Part shown: piece after piece, positions 1 to 17,995 of the stretch
Position numbering within the stretch: the stretch's first letter is position 1
Layout: each line of letters starts with the position of its first letter
Assembly: GCF_018350175.1 (NCBI RefSeq)
Contig: NC_058369.1
Coordinates: forward strand, 14,138,001 to 14,202,000
Direction of reading: 5' to 3'
Length of the DNA stretch: 64,000 nt
Source: Felis catus
Taxonomy: Eukaryota
Notes under the pieces: generated by a model
Told to the model about the DNA's origin: nothing
Database searches by the model: none
The model's input: only the letters and a program-made list of their open reading frames with translations
Made by a program: the position numbers and the translations under genes

Positions 1-598
1 ACCCAGGACCGGTCCTGAGCCCTGTGTGGCCCCCGCCTGGCCAGCCTGGGATTCCTTCATGGAACCAAGGGTCAGAGGGGTCCTCCCCTCCCCCGGACCT
101 GCTCTGTCCCTGTCGTTGGAACCCATGGACACCCACGCGGTGCACCGCACGGCCCTTCCCGCCCTGCGGCCCCTTCTCAGAGCCTCTGCCAAGAGCCAGG
201 CTGCAGAGGAGGAAAGAATACCAGCTACAAAGTTGAGCGCAACTCCACACACAGTGACCCGGCTTCAGGGTCACCTCGGCAGGGGGCGGGGATTGCCATG
301 GGGCCCTGAAGCCAAGATGTGTGGGTTGTACGAGTCACTAAATAAATGGGCCTCTGGGGCGCCTGGGTGGCGCAGTCGGTTAAGCGTCCGACTTCAGCCA
401 GGTCACGATCTCGCGGTCCGTGAGTTCGAGCCCCGCGTCGGGCTCTGGGCTGATGGCTCAGAGCCTGGAGCCTGTTTCCGATTCTGTGTCTCCCTCTCTC
501 TCTGCCCCTCCCCCGTTCATGCTCTGTCTCCCTCTGTCCCAAAAATAAATAAAAAACGTTGAAAAAAATTAAAAAAAAAAATAAATAAATGGGTCTCT
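1..598 (+). other. DDX49: Probable last codons (TQDRS*, TGA at 16-18) and 3' UTR of DDX49, with AATAAA at 341-346
   Basis: DDX49 lies tail-to-tail with HOMER3 in mammals (synteny). In-frame TGA at 16-18 and a canonical poly(A) signal at 341-346. Too little coding sequence is present for direct identification. Confidence 0.65.
356..582 (+). mobile_element. Young cat-type CanSINE (SINEC_Fc-like) with 16-bp TSD
   Basis: GGGGCGCCTGGGTGGCGCAGTCGG head, (CT)n tract and A-rich tail. TSD aaataaatgggcctct (340-355) / aaataaatgggtctct (583-598). Confidence 0.95.
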
Positions 599-1127
599 CC
601 ACTTCCCCATCGGACTCTGTGGGAGTGGGGGCAGGGGAGGAGGGTTCAGCTGCTGGTGCTTCCCAAGTCCCCTAGAACATCATGTCGCCCCCACCACACC
701 CCCAGTTCTCCATTCCCATCGGGCCAGGCCCAAAGCTTTGAACTACAGTGCTGGCCATTCTGGCCAGGTGACCCTGGGTTTGAGAAGCCCTCTCTGAACC
801 TCAGTTCCCTCATCTGGAAAATGGGCACACCAATGGCACCCCTCTCCAAACACAGCCATCAGGTTCAGTGAAACGACTCCCATGTGTAGTGAACACTACC
901 ATGTTCTAGGAGCTTCTCTATCTGCTCACCTGGTGGGATTTGGGGTTTCTAGCCAGAGTAAAGGGGGGGGGTGCTTAACCAAGGGCCACCTAAGGGCAAA
1001 CCGGTCCAGACGTGAGTTGCGCCCGGGGTGGGTAGGGACAGCTATGCTGGGCAGAGCCAGGCTCTTGGCTGTGTGGCCTGTGCATGCTCGTCAGGCTCTG
1101 AAACTCCCTCTCCTCACTGGCAAGTGG

Positions 1128-1133
1128 TTTACT
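1128..1133 (-). terminator. HOMER3: Candidate variant poly(A) signal (AGTAAA) of HOMER3
   Basis: AGTAAA on the minus strand ~390 nt after the stop codon. No minus-strand AATAAA was seen between the stop codon and the DDX49 end. Confidence 0.45.
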
Positions 1134-1523
1134 AAGCCCTACACAGCCTGAAGGCGGCTGAGGTGCATCGCAGAGGAAGCAGGTAGAGGGGTCCAGGGAC
1201 GGCGGTTAGATGCTTGGGTGCCCACACAACACACACAGGCACAGCCACTCTTAGAAATGTAATGTGGGCACCAGCACGCGCCCTGGGGATTCTAGAAATT
1301 CTACACAACGAAAAGCCCCAAAACAGCCCCTGAGCTGCGAGCGGCCAGGGCCAGCTGAGGCATTATGGCCAGGCCCTCCCCGGGCTGAGTTAGGCCCCCA
1401 GTCCCTGCCAGGGTGAACGGCCCACTGTGCCGCCTGCGGCCCGGCTCGTGCCCCAGGCGGGAATCCTGCGTAGAAAACCAGCTCCTGCAGGCCCCGGCTC
1501 CCACGCAGACCCCGCGGCCAGGT

Positions 1524-7236
<5,713 letters not shown>

Positions 7237-8349
7237 TGGTCAGGCTGGGCCGGGTGGGCTCCAAGAGGCAGCCAGAGGGATGGCAGGAGGTGTGGTTTCA
7301 GCCTCTGTGGGGGACAGGGGGCTTGTGAGTGTCTCCCCAGGACAGGCTTGGGGAAACCAAGCGGGTCCAACCTCAGGAAGCACCACCAAATACACACACC
7401 ATTCACAGAACCTCAGTCAAAAAGGTGAGAGACTCAGCAGATCACCCAGAGCAAAACGGCCCTGGAGGAAGCTCTCACAACACCTTGAGCAGGAGATGGC
7501 TCTCTAAGAAGGAGCCAGGTGGCCCCTGATAGCCCAGTGTAAACTTCTCAGCATGCTAGGCCCTGAAGTCCCAGAGAAACCCCCTCAATCTTGGGGCTGG
7601 GTAGAGAAGGGCCAAGGCCAACTCCCGCTTGGGATTTTCTGCCCCCAAACCAGGATCTCTATCAAAATGTAGGGCATCACCAGGTGCCTGCTGGGAGACC
7701 AGTCCCCCCCCCGCCGAACCCCCAGAGAGACACCTCGGCTTCCACTCTAGGGCAGAGGCACATCTTGGAGTCAAAGTCCAAACCCCCAGGTAGCTCCCAG
7801 CCTAGTTAAAAAGATAAGATGTAGCCAAACAAGTTTACTCTGGTGCCAGATGGCCCATGACCACTCAACCCCAATACCATCCATGCAGGGCTGGGTGGGA
7901 CCAAGGACTGGGAGAGGGGGCTCCCCAGCCTCTCTTGGTTCCTCCAGCCACAACCCCACAGAAACCAGGAACAGTTGCCCTGGAGAATTCCCGACCCTCA
8001 CCTCTGTGCCCCCAAAACCTGTACCAGGGGGATCTGTGGAGGATCCAGGAGGGACCTGGCGGAAGGAGGTGGCAAGGTGGGGGAAGGGAGGCCCCAGGGG
8101 AGCGGCCTCCTTGGTCAGAGGAGGGATGCCCCCCCACCCTGTCCTGGGCAGCTGCTGCCCCGGTCACAGGGTCTGAAACCGGAGCCCCTGGGTGGGGGAG
8201 GGGCGGCAGCTCTGGCCGGGGCTGGGAGCGGGTCCTGAGTCGAAGCAGGGTTCCAGGGTGCAGGGGTCCCAGGAACACAGGCCCTTCCGGCCCTGACAGT
8301 CCTGCCGAGACTTGCAGCTTTGGGGAAAGTTACTCACCAACTAGTCATG

Positions 8350-9400
8350 TGCCTCAGACGCCTCCGGCCGCAGGGCTCCCGAAGGAGGCCCCGACCCCGC
8401 CCGGTGCCCAGGATCCCCAATCGCGTGTGGGGGCGAAGCCCCACCCCATGCGTCCCAGTCCGGGGGGCCTGATATTCAGTAAGGAAGCAGTTCCCATCCG
8501 CGTCAGAAGCGGGGCGCCCAATGCGCGCCCCAACTTCGGGAAGTGCCACCCTCGACCAGGGAACTTCCGAGACGGGCGCAACGCCCCCCAACTCCGGGTC
8601 CAGAACTTCGGGGACACATTCTCCGCCTCCTCCAACGCCAGCCCTAGAACTTCGGGGATCCCTCGCGCCACCTCCGACTGCTAAATTTAGGGGATTCCCT
8701 GCCACCCCTCCAGCCTCGGGTCCGGAATTTCGGGATCCCCTCGTGCCGCCTCCCTCTCCCAGGCCCGGAACGTCGGGGACACCGCAGTCTCCTCCAACGC
8801 CGGGTCGGGAACTTTGGGAACCCCTCGCACGGTGCCCTTTCGACCCCGACTCCGGAACTTCGGGGCCCCTGCGCCCTCTCAAGCCCTGGAACTTCGGGGC
8901 TCCCCGAGCCGCACCCAAGCTCCGTGTCCGGAACTTCGGGGACCCCCGCGCCCTCCCCCGGCCCTGGAACCTCGCGGGCCCCCGCGTCCCCGACGCAGGC
9001 TCGGACAGCCGGGCTCACCCTGCGGGCTCGGCGCCCCGCGAGTGTCCGGGCGCGAGTCGGGTGCTGCCCCGCGGCGCCGACTCCCCGCAGCCGGGCGCCC
9101 CGTTCGCTTGCTGGCTCCGGGGCCCGCGCCCTCCGCGCCGCCCTCCGCGCCGCCCTCCGCACCGCCCGCGCCTTTGTCTGCGCCTCCGCCGCCGCCCGCG
9201 CCGCCTCCGGTCCCATCGCGGCCGGTCCCGACGCGGCCGCCGCCCGCCCCGCCTCCCCGGGCCTCCGAGGCTGCCCCGCAGCGCCCCCTGCCGGCCCTCC
9301 GCGGCGGGGGGGGGGGGGAGAGGGAGGGGCGGAAGCTGGGAGGAAGGCGGGAGAGGACCGGCGGGGAAGGGGTTAAGGACGAGGAAGAGGGACAGGGGGT
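8350..9400. promoter_or_regulatory. HOMER3: CpG island / HOMER3 promoter and non-coding first exon (~9019-9300, donor GTGAGC at 9018)
   Basis: Very high GC and CpG density, GC boxes, CCG-rich 5' UTR-like sequence, consensus donor. Confidence 0.85.
8531..8978 (+). repeat. Degenerate ~41-bp-period repeat with core GGAACTTCGGG (about 12 copies)
   Basis: Core copies near 8532, 8561, 8590, 8603, 8647, 8724, 8767, 8808, 8854, 8888, 8930, 8966. Confidence 0.8.
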
Positions 9401-12400
9401 GGGGATGGGGACAGAGACCCAGACCCCGAGATAGAAAGACCGGGGAGAGACACAGGAGACAGAAGGAGCGTGTGGCTTCATCGTCCCGTCAGGGGTGGCC
9501 TTGACCCTCCAGGTCACTGCTGCCCACGTTTCTCACTGCCTGAGGTCATGACTTTCTGCTTTTGATGGGATTCCCTCTCCACTTGACGGGGATCCAGGGG
9601 CAGGGGCCTCTCTACCGCACAGAGGTGGGTGCCTGCACACAGTAGGTGCTCAGTAGGTGTTACCAGGAAATGAAAGAGAAACAGGCAGGGAGAGCTGGAA
9701 GAGGCTGAGAGAGAGAGACAAACAGCAGGCACTTAATGAGGCTTGATCAGGGGTGCACCGTTCAGAATCCTTCCTGCTTGACTTCCCACCCAGCTCTGAT
9801 CCCCAGTTGGGGACGGGCTTCTGTCCACCTGGTCTCCCTCAAGAGGATGGCTTAACAGTACCAGCCATGGTTAGATTATCAGTACTGCTATGCTATAGGG
9901 TCCCAGAACCTAGGGCAGAGGGAACATTGGGGCCTGGTTGCCACCGAATGAGTGAATACCCTGGAGGTCCTCGGGCCTGGGTCAGAAGGAGCCCTTCATG
10001 CCCTTGCCAGGAGAGGGTCCTTCTGGAGCTGAGCCAGGCTCAGCCTCCCCGGGCCCAAGTCCACCTGTGGGGCCTGCTGGACAATCCTGTGGCTGCCCTT
10101 TCTCTGGACTCCTCCAAAGTCACACAGTGCCATTGGGTTCATGGACAGAGGCACGGCAGCTCCTCAGAACCAAGGCCCGCAGTTCCCTAAAGTTCTGAAC
10201 CTCATGTTTTGTTTTGTCTTGTTATGTTTTCGGTGCAAAAAAAGGCGATTTTATTAAAGCAGGGGGCCCGGGGTCCATGGGCAGAGAGCTGCCTGAACCT
10301 CATGTTTGAGCTTGCCGACCACCTCACAGGTCTTGTTTTTCACCTTCTTCGTCCTGTCTCCTTTCTCTGTTCCTTTATTTCTGTTTCCCTGACAAGAATC
10401 CTACATCTAGGCTGGTAGCTATCTTCAAATTACTTTTAGGTTGAATTCCTGGTCATGTCGTTTCCGGAGACTTATTCCCAGGCCAAGATCAGGGTTTATT
10501 TCGCTTCAGGTCTTTGCCCAACCGGATCCTTCCACCTTTCTGCAGGCATATACTCCGCCTTGTCCTTCCAGGCTCAGCACCACTGCCCCCTCTCCGCCTG
10601 GAAACTTCTCTGTCTTGGGCTTGGAGGGGGATCTCGCTGTGTTCTGCGCTATGCCCCCATCACTTTCTGTGCGACCCCTGACCTGTACTACCTGTTTATT
10701 ACTTGGGTCATGACCAGATCCGGGCATTTTGGGGAGGGCTGGCCCGTCCTGGAGCCTCAGCCTCAGCCAGTGTGAGAGGAACTGCTCACCAATGCTAGGG
10801 AAACGGGGCCTGCGGCCTCAGTTTCCCCAGCTGCCTCTAACTTCACAAGGCATCTGCACAAGCAAAGGATTTGGCTTTGCTTTCAGGCCTGAAGCCACAA
10901 AACTCTTTGAACATTGTGGGGAACAAAGAAAATACCGTCTGTTCTGTGCAAAGAGTGACTTTTCCTTATTACCAAAAAAAAAAAAAAAAAAAAAAAATTA
11001 AGTAACTGGGAAAGGTGCCGACAGGGCCAAGGCTTCTGGAAGCCACTCAGGGTGTGCCGAGCGCTGGCCGGCTGCAGGGCCACGGCCATGTGGCCACTCT
11101 GTGGGGGCGGCCAGGAGAGGGGCCCAGGTAGACTTTACCCCTTGTGTGGGCAGAAGGCAACAACATGAGAGAGAGTGGGAGTTGAATCACTTCCCAGGCC
11201 CCCCTCAGGCTTCCGGGAGGGGTTGGGCTGGGGCTCACCTTGAGCAGCCCTGACCTGAAGATGGAAGCTCCTCATTCTCCCCTGGGTATAGACTGCCCCG
11301 AGCATGGCTGCCCCAAGCTGCCACCTCCACCCCAGCCTGAGACCTCTTCTGCCTGGGGATGTCCTTACAGTGTGGGCAGAGGCCACCACCCCGGGGTGAC
11401 TGATTATGAGCGACAGCTTTCCCTTGGTGCTGAGGGAGGATATCAGAAAATGAACTTCCTGTCACAGAGGGGACCAAGCAGAGAGTAGAACAAGTTTGTT
11501 TGGCTCTAGAGCAGCTGCATTTGCAGAGTGGCTCTTCTGGGTTAGTCTCTGGCCTCTGCCTGGTTAAATCGGACCCACCTTTGGACTGAAGCTAAATTGT
11601 CCTCCTCCCTGGAGGGTTCCTGTCCCACCAGACCAGGGGAAGTCTGTCACCCTTCCCCAAAGCCACATGCCCAATCTCATGGTATGGAGGACAGTGGCCA
11701 CTTCGATCCGTTTACGACATGATTTGGTTCCTAGCCACCTCTTCTGTGGTTCTATCCCGGCACCTAGAGCAGGACTGACCTGCAGCAGGAACTCTTTAAA
11801 TGCTTCAAGGAGGAGAGGCTCCCCAAACCCCAGTATTGATCCTTGATGGTCTCCAGAGTCACGTGACCAGGGAGTGCATCTCAGCCCTGCCTCTTACCAG
11901 CAGTGTGGCCTTAAAGAAGAATTTTTCCCTCTCTGTGCCTTAGTTACTCCATCTATAAAATGGGCATAAAAATGGTACTCACTTCTGAAGTTTCCTGTAA
12001 GGACCCAACAAGTCTTTGTGTGCAAAGGGCATGACCCCAGGAGCTTAACAAATGCTGGTTGTTATAAACATTATATTTATTCTTGGCCGTCTGGGCATGT
12101 GGTTTTTGATCCTGAGCCAAATTCTTAAGATTTTCTTTCAGGGGTTGAAGAATCCCAACTAGGCATGAGCTTTCAAGGACAGAAGGAGGTCCAATGGCAT
12201 GATGATTTCTAAATCTTTATCTCTGGGACCCTTATATGCTCCCCCAGCCACACTCCTCCTCTTTCTCCCCATTCCCCCAGCCGTGGCCAGTTGGGCCAGC
12301 CACCAGAACTTATCCTCCTGAAAAGCTCCTATTCGTCCCTCAAAGTCCCACCTCCAATGCCCTCTTCTCTGAGAAGCCCTTCCATGTCTCCCTCTGGACC

Positions 12401-14759
12401 TTCCCCAACACACTCCCTCCTTCTGAGCCAACCCTGATCCCTATGGACTAGGGGTGCCTGTGTCCAGCTCTGACTCCCCCAGCCTGAAGGTACCTCAAGG
12501 GCGGGGCTGAAGCTTCTCTTGGGCTTGGCATCTCCCAGCATGGGGGTCATGGCGTAGGAGAGTTTGGTGACTCAATGTTGGTGACTTTTCATCACTTGAA
12601 AGTGATCCCACCTTAAATTCAGATCCAACTCAACTTATGCACAAGGACAAAGTAAATCCATTAAACAAGCCGCCTCCAGGAAGGCATGAAAGGGCTAAGG
12701 AGAGGGGGCCTGACACTGGGTTATGGACTTGAGCTCCCAGGACCTGGGAGGGTTGGGGGTGGGGGTGGGCAACACTTGAGCCCCCTCCAAACTCCAAACC
12801 TGGATCTGCGGTTTGGTTCCCACAGACCTAATTACCCTCATTTGCCACATGCACTAATTACCTCCGCGGTGCCAGGTGGCTGGGCGGGGCTGCCCCACTT
12901 CTGGGAGGTAGGTCGGGGCCCGATTATTTTTGGCTGTGTCGTCCTTGAAGACTCTGCCATCCTTCTGTGTGAAGGGCAGAAAGTGGGGCGGAAAAATTGC
13001 GGCCACATCAGTAGGGACGCTCGGAGACTTAGGGGTCAGGTTGGCCCAGGAGCTCCCTGAGCAGCGGGGTTTGGGTCCGAGGCCTCAGGGTCTTTGGTAC
13101 CTAGCTGGAGGCAGCAAGACCTAGAGGGGCTGAGAATCATCCAGATCCATGGTGCACTGGTTTGGAGGCCTGTCTTAAATGTCCCACGGGTGAGACAGGG
13201 CTTGAGTAGGTAGTCAGATGGGCCTGAGTGCAAATTCTGACTTCCACCAATTTGATGCATGTTACTGAGCACGTGAGCTCCTCTCTTTGTACCTTTCCTG
13301 ACGGATCAGATGGGGCTAATAATTCACAAAGAGTACTCTGGGCAGAGGGCACAGCATATGCAAAGGCCCTGGGGTGGGGTTGGGCTGAGTATGCTGGAGG
13401 AACAGTGAGGGTCCAGAGAGGAGTGAATAGGAAGGGAGTAGGGGTCACTGAAGGCGAAGGAGGTCACAGGGGCCAGGTAAGATCTCATAAGCGGTGATGT
13501 GGTGTGTGGGTTTCACGCCAAGGGTACCGGGGAGCCATGGGGGAGTTTGGAGACAGAGAGGAAGGGACGTGATCAGATTTACATTGCAGGCTCCAGGCCA
13601 GGTTTCAGCTCTTGAGAGAGAATCCGGTATCTGTACATGTACAGAATGGGGACAGACCCTCCCTTTCTTTGAGCCTCAGTTTTCTTATCTGAGACAGAGT
13701 CCTGAGGCTCAGACAGCCCCAGGACACACTGGACCGTTAGTCAGGGAAGTTCCCTTCCCCCGAGCTCCCAAATTCCTACACGCCCTCCTCTCTGCCTGCC
13801 CTCTCCTCCCACTCTCCTTCTGTGGCCTTAAAGGAACAGCTGTGGGAACAGAGAGCGGGAAGCCGCGGGGAAGGCAACACGGAGGGGCTCCGGGGGCCGT
13901 GTTCCCGATTGGTGACAGCCCACATGGGGCCAAATGTTCTTCCAGGAACCCGGTGACTCAGATGCCGCAGCCTCCTCCCTCAGTCTGCTAGGGGAGGCCA
14001 TTCCTGGTCGCTAGGCATAGGTGAGAATCAGCATGTGCCCCTCTGGGTGGGCTCCAAACCAGTCCGTCCCAGCCTCCACTGCAGGGATCCCCTTAACTGG
14101 ATGCATCGCTCGCTTTCCTGCTCTCATAGTTTCTCTGGCTCTGCCGGAGGCTTCAGTGGGAGAATCTGGCTCCTAACTGCCATTGGCCAAGGAGCTGAAC
14201 CCCGTCTCTGGACCTTTACCCTTAACCCCACCACTGAGCCTTCACACTCAGCCCCACCTATGACTGGAAACGTCAGCTCTAACACCCTCTCCTTCAGGAA
14301 GCCTTCCCAGATTCCCTCCACTGCCCCAACCGGAAGTGTCTGTATCCAGCTCCGTCCCGGATGCAGACTGGGGGCTCCTTAGAGTCCTGGCCCAGCGCAA
14401 GGCCTCTCAGGGCCCCAATTGTTGTCCAGTGTGGGAAGGCTCAAAGAGACCCTGGGGGAGGAGGAATCTCCATGGCCCTGCCTCTAACTCCATTTTTCTG
14501 GAAAAGGAAACTGAGGCTCAGGGGGCTTGCCCAATTAAAAACTGGCCAAGTGGAAAAGCTTGGCCTCAAACCCAGGTCTGAGAGACCAAACCCTGTTCTC
14601 TGTAGCTTTTGGAAGCTCATTCACTTGCTTGAAAGACTCCAAGGGTCTGACAGTCTGTGTCCATGGATGCAGGGGGAGCCTCTCTGGGGGTTTCCTTCTC
14701 TGTAAGATGGGGGTTCTTCATCTGTTAACTCATGCTTATCTTTATTTTATTTTATTTTA

Positions 14760-15160
14760 TTCTTATTTATTTATTTTAATGTTTGTTTATTTTTGAGAGA
14801 GACAGAGCATGAGCAGGGGAGGAGCAGAGAGAGGAGACACAGAATCCGAAGCAGGCTCCCGGCTCTGAGCTGTCAGCCCAGAGCCCGACACGGGGCTCAA
14901 ACCCACAAGCTGTGAGATCATGACCTGAGCCCAAGTTGGGTGCTTTACTGACCGAGCCACCCAGGCACCCCGTTTTGTTTTTTCTTTAACGTTTATTTAT
15001 TTTGAGAGCGAGAAAGTGTGAGTGGGGGAGGGGCAGAGAGAGAGAGAGAGGAGAGAGCAAGAATCCCAAGCAGGCTCCAAGCTGTCGGTGCGGGGCTCAA
15101 ACTCGTGAACTGTGAGAGCCGAAGTCAGACACTTAACCAACTGAGCCACCCAGGTGCCCC
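14760..15160 (-). mobile_element. Two tandem CanSINEs (~14760-14971, ~14985-15160)
   Basis: Two reverse-complement SINE bodies. Confidence 0.88.
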
Positions 15161-15959
15161 GTAAGTAGAATGACTACTGACAGCATTTTGCAAAGGAAAG
15201 AAAAACAGCCAAAGCAACAGGCAAAGATGGATGGTCAGTGAAGGTTACTCTGATGCGGTAGTGATTCAGGGGAACAGCACGTGCAAAGGCCCTGAGGTGG
15301 GAATGTGCTCAGCTCCTTGGAGCATCATCATCAAGGAGGTGGATGTGACTGGAACAGGGTGAGTTGGGGGGAACCTAGGGGGGTGGGAAGGGCATATGGG
15401 CAGGCAGACCCATAGGCTGGGTCACAAGGGGTCCTATGGGCCCCAGCAGAGAGTATGGGCTTTATACTCGGAGCACTGGGGAGCCACGGGAGGCTTTTGA
15501 CAGACTGGTTTTAATACTTGCCTTCTCTATTATCACAATGCAGAAGGTATCCTGGGCTGTGCTTGATAAACAAATGACATTGTTATTAGCACTATCATTA
15601 TTTCTTTGGGGATGTCCACAGGCTCTGAGTTTATATCTCCCAGGGCCTCAGGGAGGAAGTCCATCTCAATAACCCTCTTTCCGCCTTGTCCAGCTTTCCT
15701 TTCTCTCCCACACGTTAGCTCTGATGCTGGCCCTGGACGTATCGCTGCAATCCCAGGCCTTTGAGTAGACGGAAACATCTGCTTCCCTGAGCAGCCCCAA
15801 AGGAGGTCACAGAGGAACCTGCTGCCCCCCCCCCTCCGCCCAGCTGGGGGAGGAAGACCACTGAGGGAAGGGTAAAAGAGCACACATTGGGCACCAACTG
15901 CATACACAGGGGAAGGCAGTATGTCCAGGCTGCAATCAGGGGCCGGGGGTGCCCGGGAG

Positions 15960-16379
15960 CACATGACCCCACACTCAGCTCTAGTGAGAAGGGTGAGGGA
16001 CGGGAAGGCAAACCCGGACATACAGACCTTGGAGAATAGCCGCTCCCAGGGGTTGCCCCAGGGGGCTGGCCGGTCCTGGGGGCACCTCTGAGCCCAGCTG
16101 GGAAACTGCAGTCGTGTCTGCATCCAATACAGGGTGCGGCTGGCCACGGGGACCTGTTGAGTCGTACTCGCCGGTGCCCTCCACCAGCTGGCGGTCGTAG
16201 CGCCCTGCCATGGCCTCTGTGGTGTTGAGCACCATCAGGCCGGTTCGAGAGCAGAGAGTCACGTGGGTGAAGGGGCTGCCCTTCCAGAGGCACCTGCGGG
16301 GGCCAGGTCGGAGATGGGCGGGGCTGCAATGTAGGCAGCTCTGTGGCCCCCCCACCACCGTGACATTCTACACTGGGGT
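15960..16379 (-). pseudogene. SEMA4-like pseudo-exon: Ig domain and downstream TM-like segment
   Basis: PV*NVTVVGG...C.. /PISDLA/ ..LWKG...GLMVLNTTEAMAGRYDRQLVEG resembles SEMA4 Ig (NITVVAG..LPC..SNLA...W...LLIFNLSEGDSGVYQC). TAG at 16368-16370; second Ig Cys reads CGC at 16191-16193; hydrophobic KVCMSGFAFPSLTLLT near 15980-16030. Confidence 0.85.
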
Positions 16380-16678
16380 CTCCGGGAGGAAGGTGGTGGT
16401 GGGGTGCTGACAGAGTGTAGACCCCAAAGCCGAGCTCCTCCTCTCCACTCCCAAACCTACTTGTCCATCTGCCCACCCACCCAGCCACCCATTCACCCAT
16501 TCACCACCCGCCCTCCCACTCATTCACCCTGCCACCCATCCCCCCACCTGCCCGCCCTCCCACCGATGCAGGCATCATCCATGATTCGCCTCCAGCTTCC
16601 CCATCCGTGCGTCTGTGCAGCTATTCTCCCACTTCTCGGTCTAGCGCACTCATTCATCGAGCCCCGACTCTGTGTCCC

Positions 16679-16742
16679 CTCCTCCAGGCAGCCCTCCGGA
16701 CTCTTCAGACAGAGCACCCGGCTCTTGCTTGACTCAGTGGAG
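16679..16742 (-). pseudogene. Candidate short PSI-to-Ig linker pseudo-exon (STESSKSRVLCLKSPEGCLEE)
   Basis: Acceptor ttcgctctcag, phase-2 start, expected size and position, terminal Cys as in LIQEMSGDASVCP; donor is not GT. Confidence 0.4.
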
Positions 16743-17105
16743 CTGAGAGCGAATGTGTCTGACTTGGCCTCCCCAGACTGGGGCTCTTCGAGGGCCCGGG
16801 ACTGAGGCTTCTCGGGGGCCCGGCGACACCAGTGTGAGGTGTCTACCGAGGAGGAGTGCAGTGATTTCTGCCTGAAGCTTGTTGAGAAATCAGACAGGCC
16901 TCCACGTGGGCTGTCACGGAGGCACAACCACAGGGCCACAGGGAAGGAAAGAACCAGGCTTGGCCTGCAACCGCTTTAAGGGACACGGAAGGAGCTCTGA
17001 GAGTAGACAGCTTCCCCTGAAACTTACGCACTGTGTGACATTGGGTAGGTTACTGTACCTCTCTGAGCCTCAGTTCCTCCATCTGGAAATCTCTCCATCT
17101 CATCT

Positions 17106-17310
17106 TTTTCTTTTATGTTTATTAAGTTTTGAGAGAGAGAGAGCACAGTTCGGGGAGGGGCAGAGGGAGACGGAGGCACAGAATCCGAAGCGGGCTCCAG
17201 GCTCCTAGCCGTCAGCACAGAGCCCGACGCGGGGCTTGAACCCACGAACGGTGAGATCATGACCTGAGCCGAAGCCGGACGCTCAACCGACTGAGCCACC
17301 CAGGCGCCCC
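17106..17310 (-). mobile_element. CanSINE with TSD (ctctccatctcatct / ctctccgtctcatct)
   Basis: SINE body and flanking direct repeats. Confidence 0.9.
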
Positions 17311-17786
17311 TCTCCGTCTCATCTTAATTGGCACATTTTCCCAGACCTGCTCCAGGCCCCACTCTTGGTGAGAAGCCAGGAGGAGCCAGGCTGGAGGAAA
17401 GGAAGGGTGGCTGGGAAGACAGGAGGACATGTTGGGGGGTCAGGGAGGGCATGGGACACAACGTGTACGTTTTCTAACAGAAGCCTCTTTACATGTTTTC
17501 TTTCCTGAGCGCCGAAATAATTTTTGCTCGGTGGAAAAACGGTTTCAGAAAACACAGACATAATGTAAATAATCTAAATAGCTCCCTCGTCGTAGCATTT
17601 AATTTCCCGAAGAATTTTTATTATGCACTTACGATGTGCCTGATGCTCACTGGTAAGTTAAAAACCCACTGGCAAAAGAAACAAAACTCAGACACGGTCC
17701 CTGCCCTTGGCATGGGTTAGCACACACCAGGTGCTCCCTAGATATCTGTGGAGTGAATGAAAATTTTAGAATAAAATCAATGCCCA

Positions 17787-17995
17787 GGGGCGCCTGTGTG
17801 GCTCAGTTAAGCATCCGCCTTCGGCTCAGGTCATGATCTCACGGCCCATGAGTTCGAGCCCCTCATCAGGCTCTGCGCTGACGGCTAGGAGCCTGGAGCC
17901 TGCTTCGGATTCTGTGTCTCCCTCTCTCTCTGACCCTCCCCCATTCATGCTCTGTCTCTCTCTGTCTCAAAAATAAATAAACGTTAAAAAAAAAG
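17787..17995 (+). mobile_element. CanSINE
   Basis: SINE head, (CT)n, A tail. Confidence 0.9.

Noticed and set aside
356..440. tRNA-like A/B boxes
   Set aside because: They are the tRNA-derived heads of CanSINEs, not tRNA genes.
26..602. ORFs of 178 and 125 aa and similar SINE-spanning ORFs elsewhere
   Set aside because: They are translations of CanSINE sequence.
8531..8978. CRISPR-like repeat-spacer appearance
   Set aside because: Mammalian DNA, an 11-bp degenerate core, related C-rich spacers and no cas genes.
8334..9517. Long ORFs (up to 327 aa) on both strands
   Set aside because: Low-complexity Pro/Arg/Gly/Ala translations expected from a stop-poor CpG island; no recognisable domain.
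12862..12964. YLPEVGQPRPA as the Sema 'VPxPRPG' motif
   Set aside because: Out of colinear order (downstream of the Ig exon); the matching exon is at 24.8-24.9 kb.
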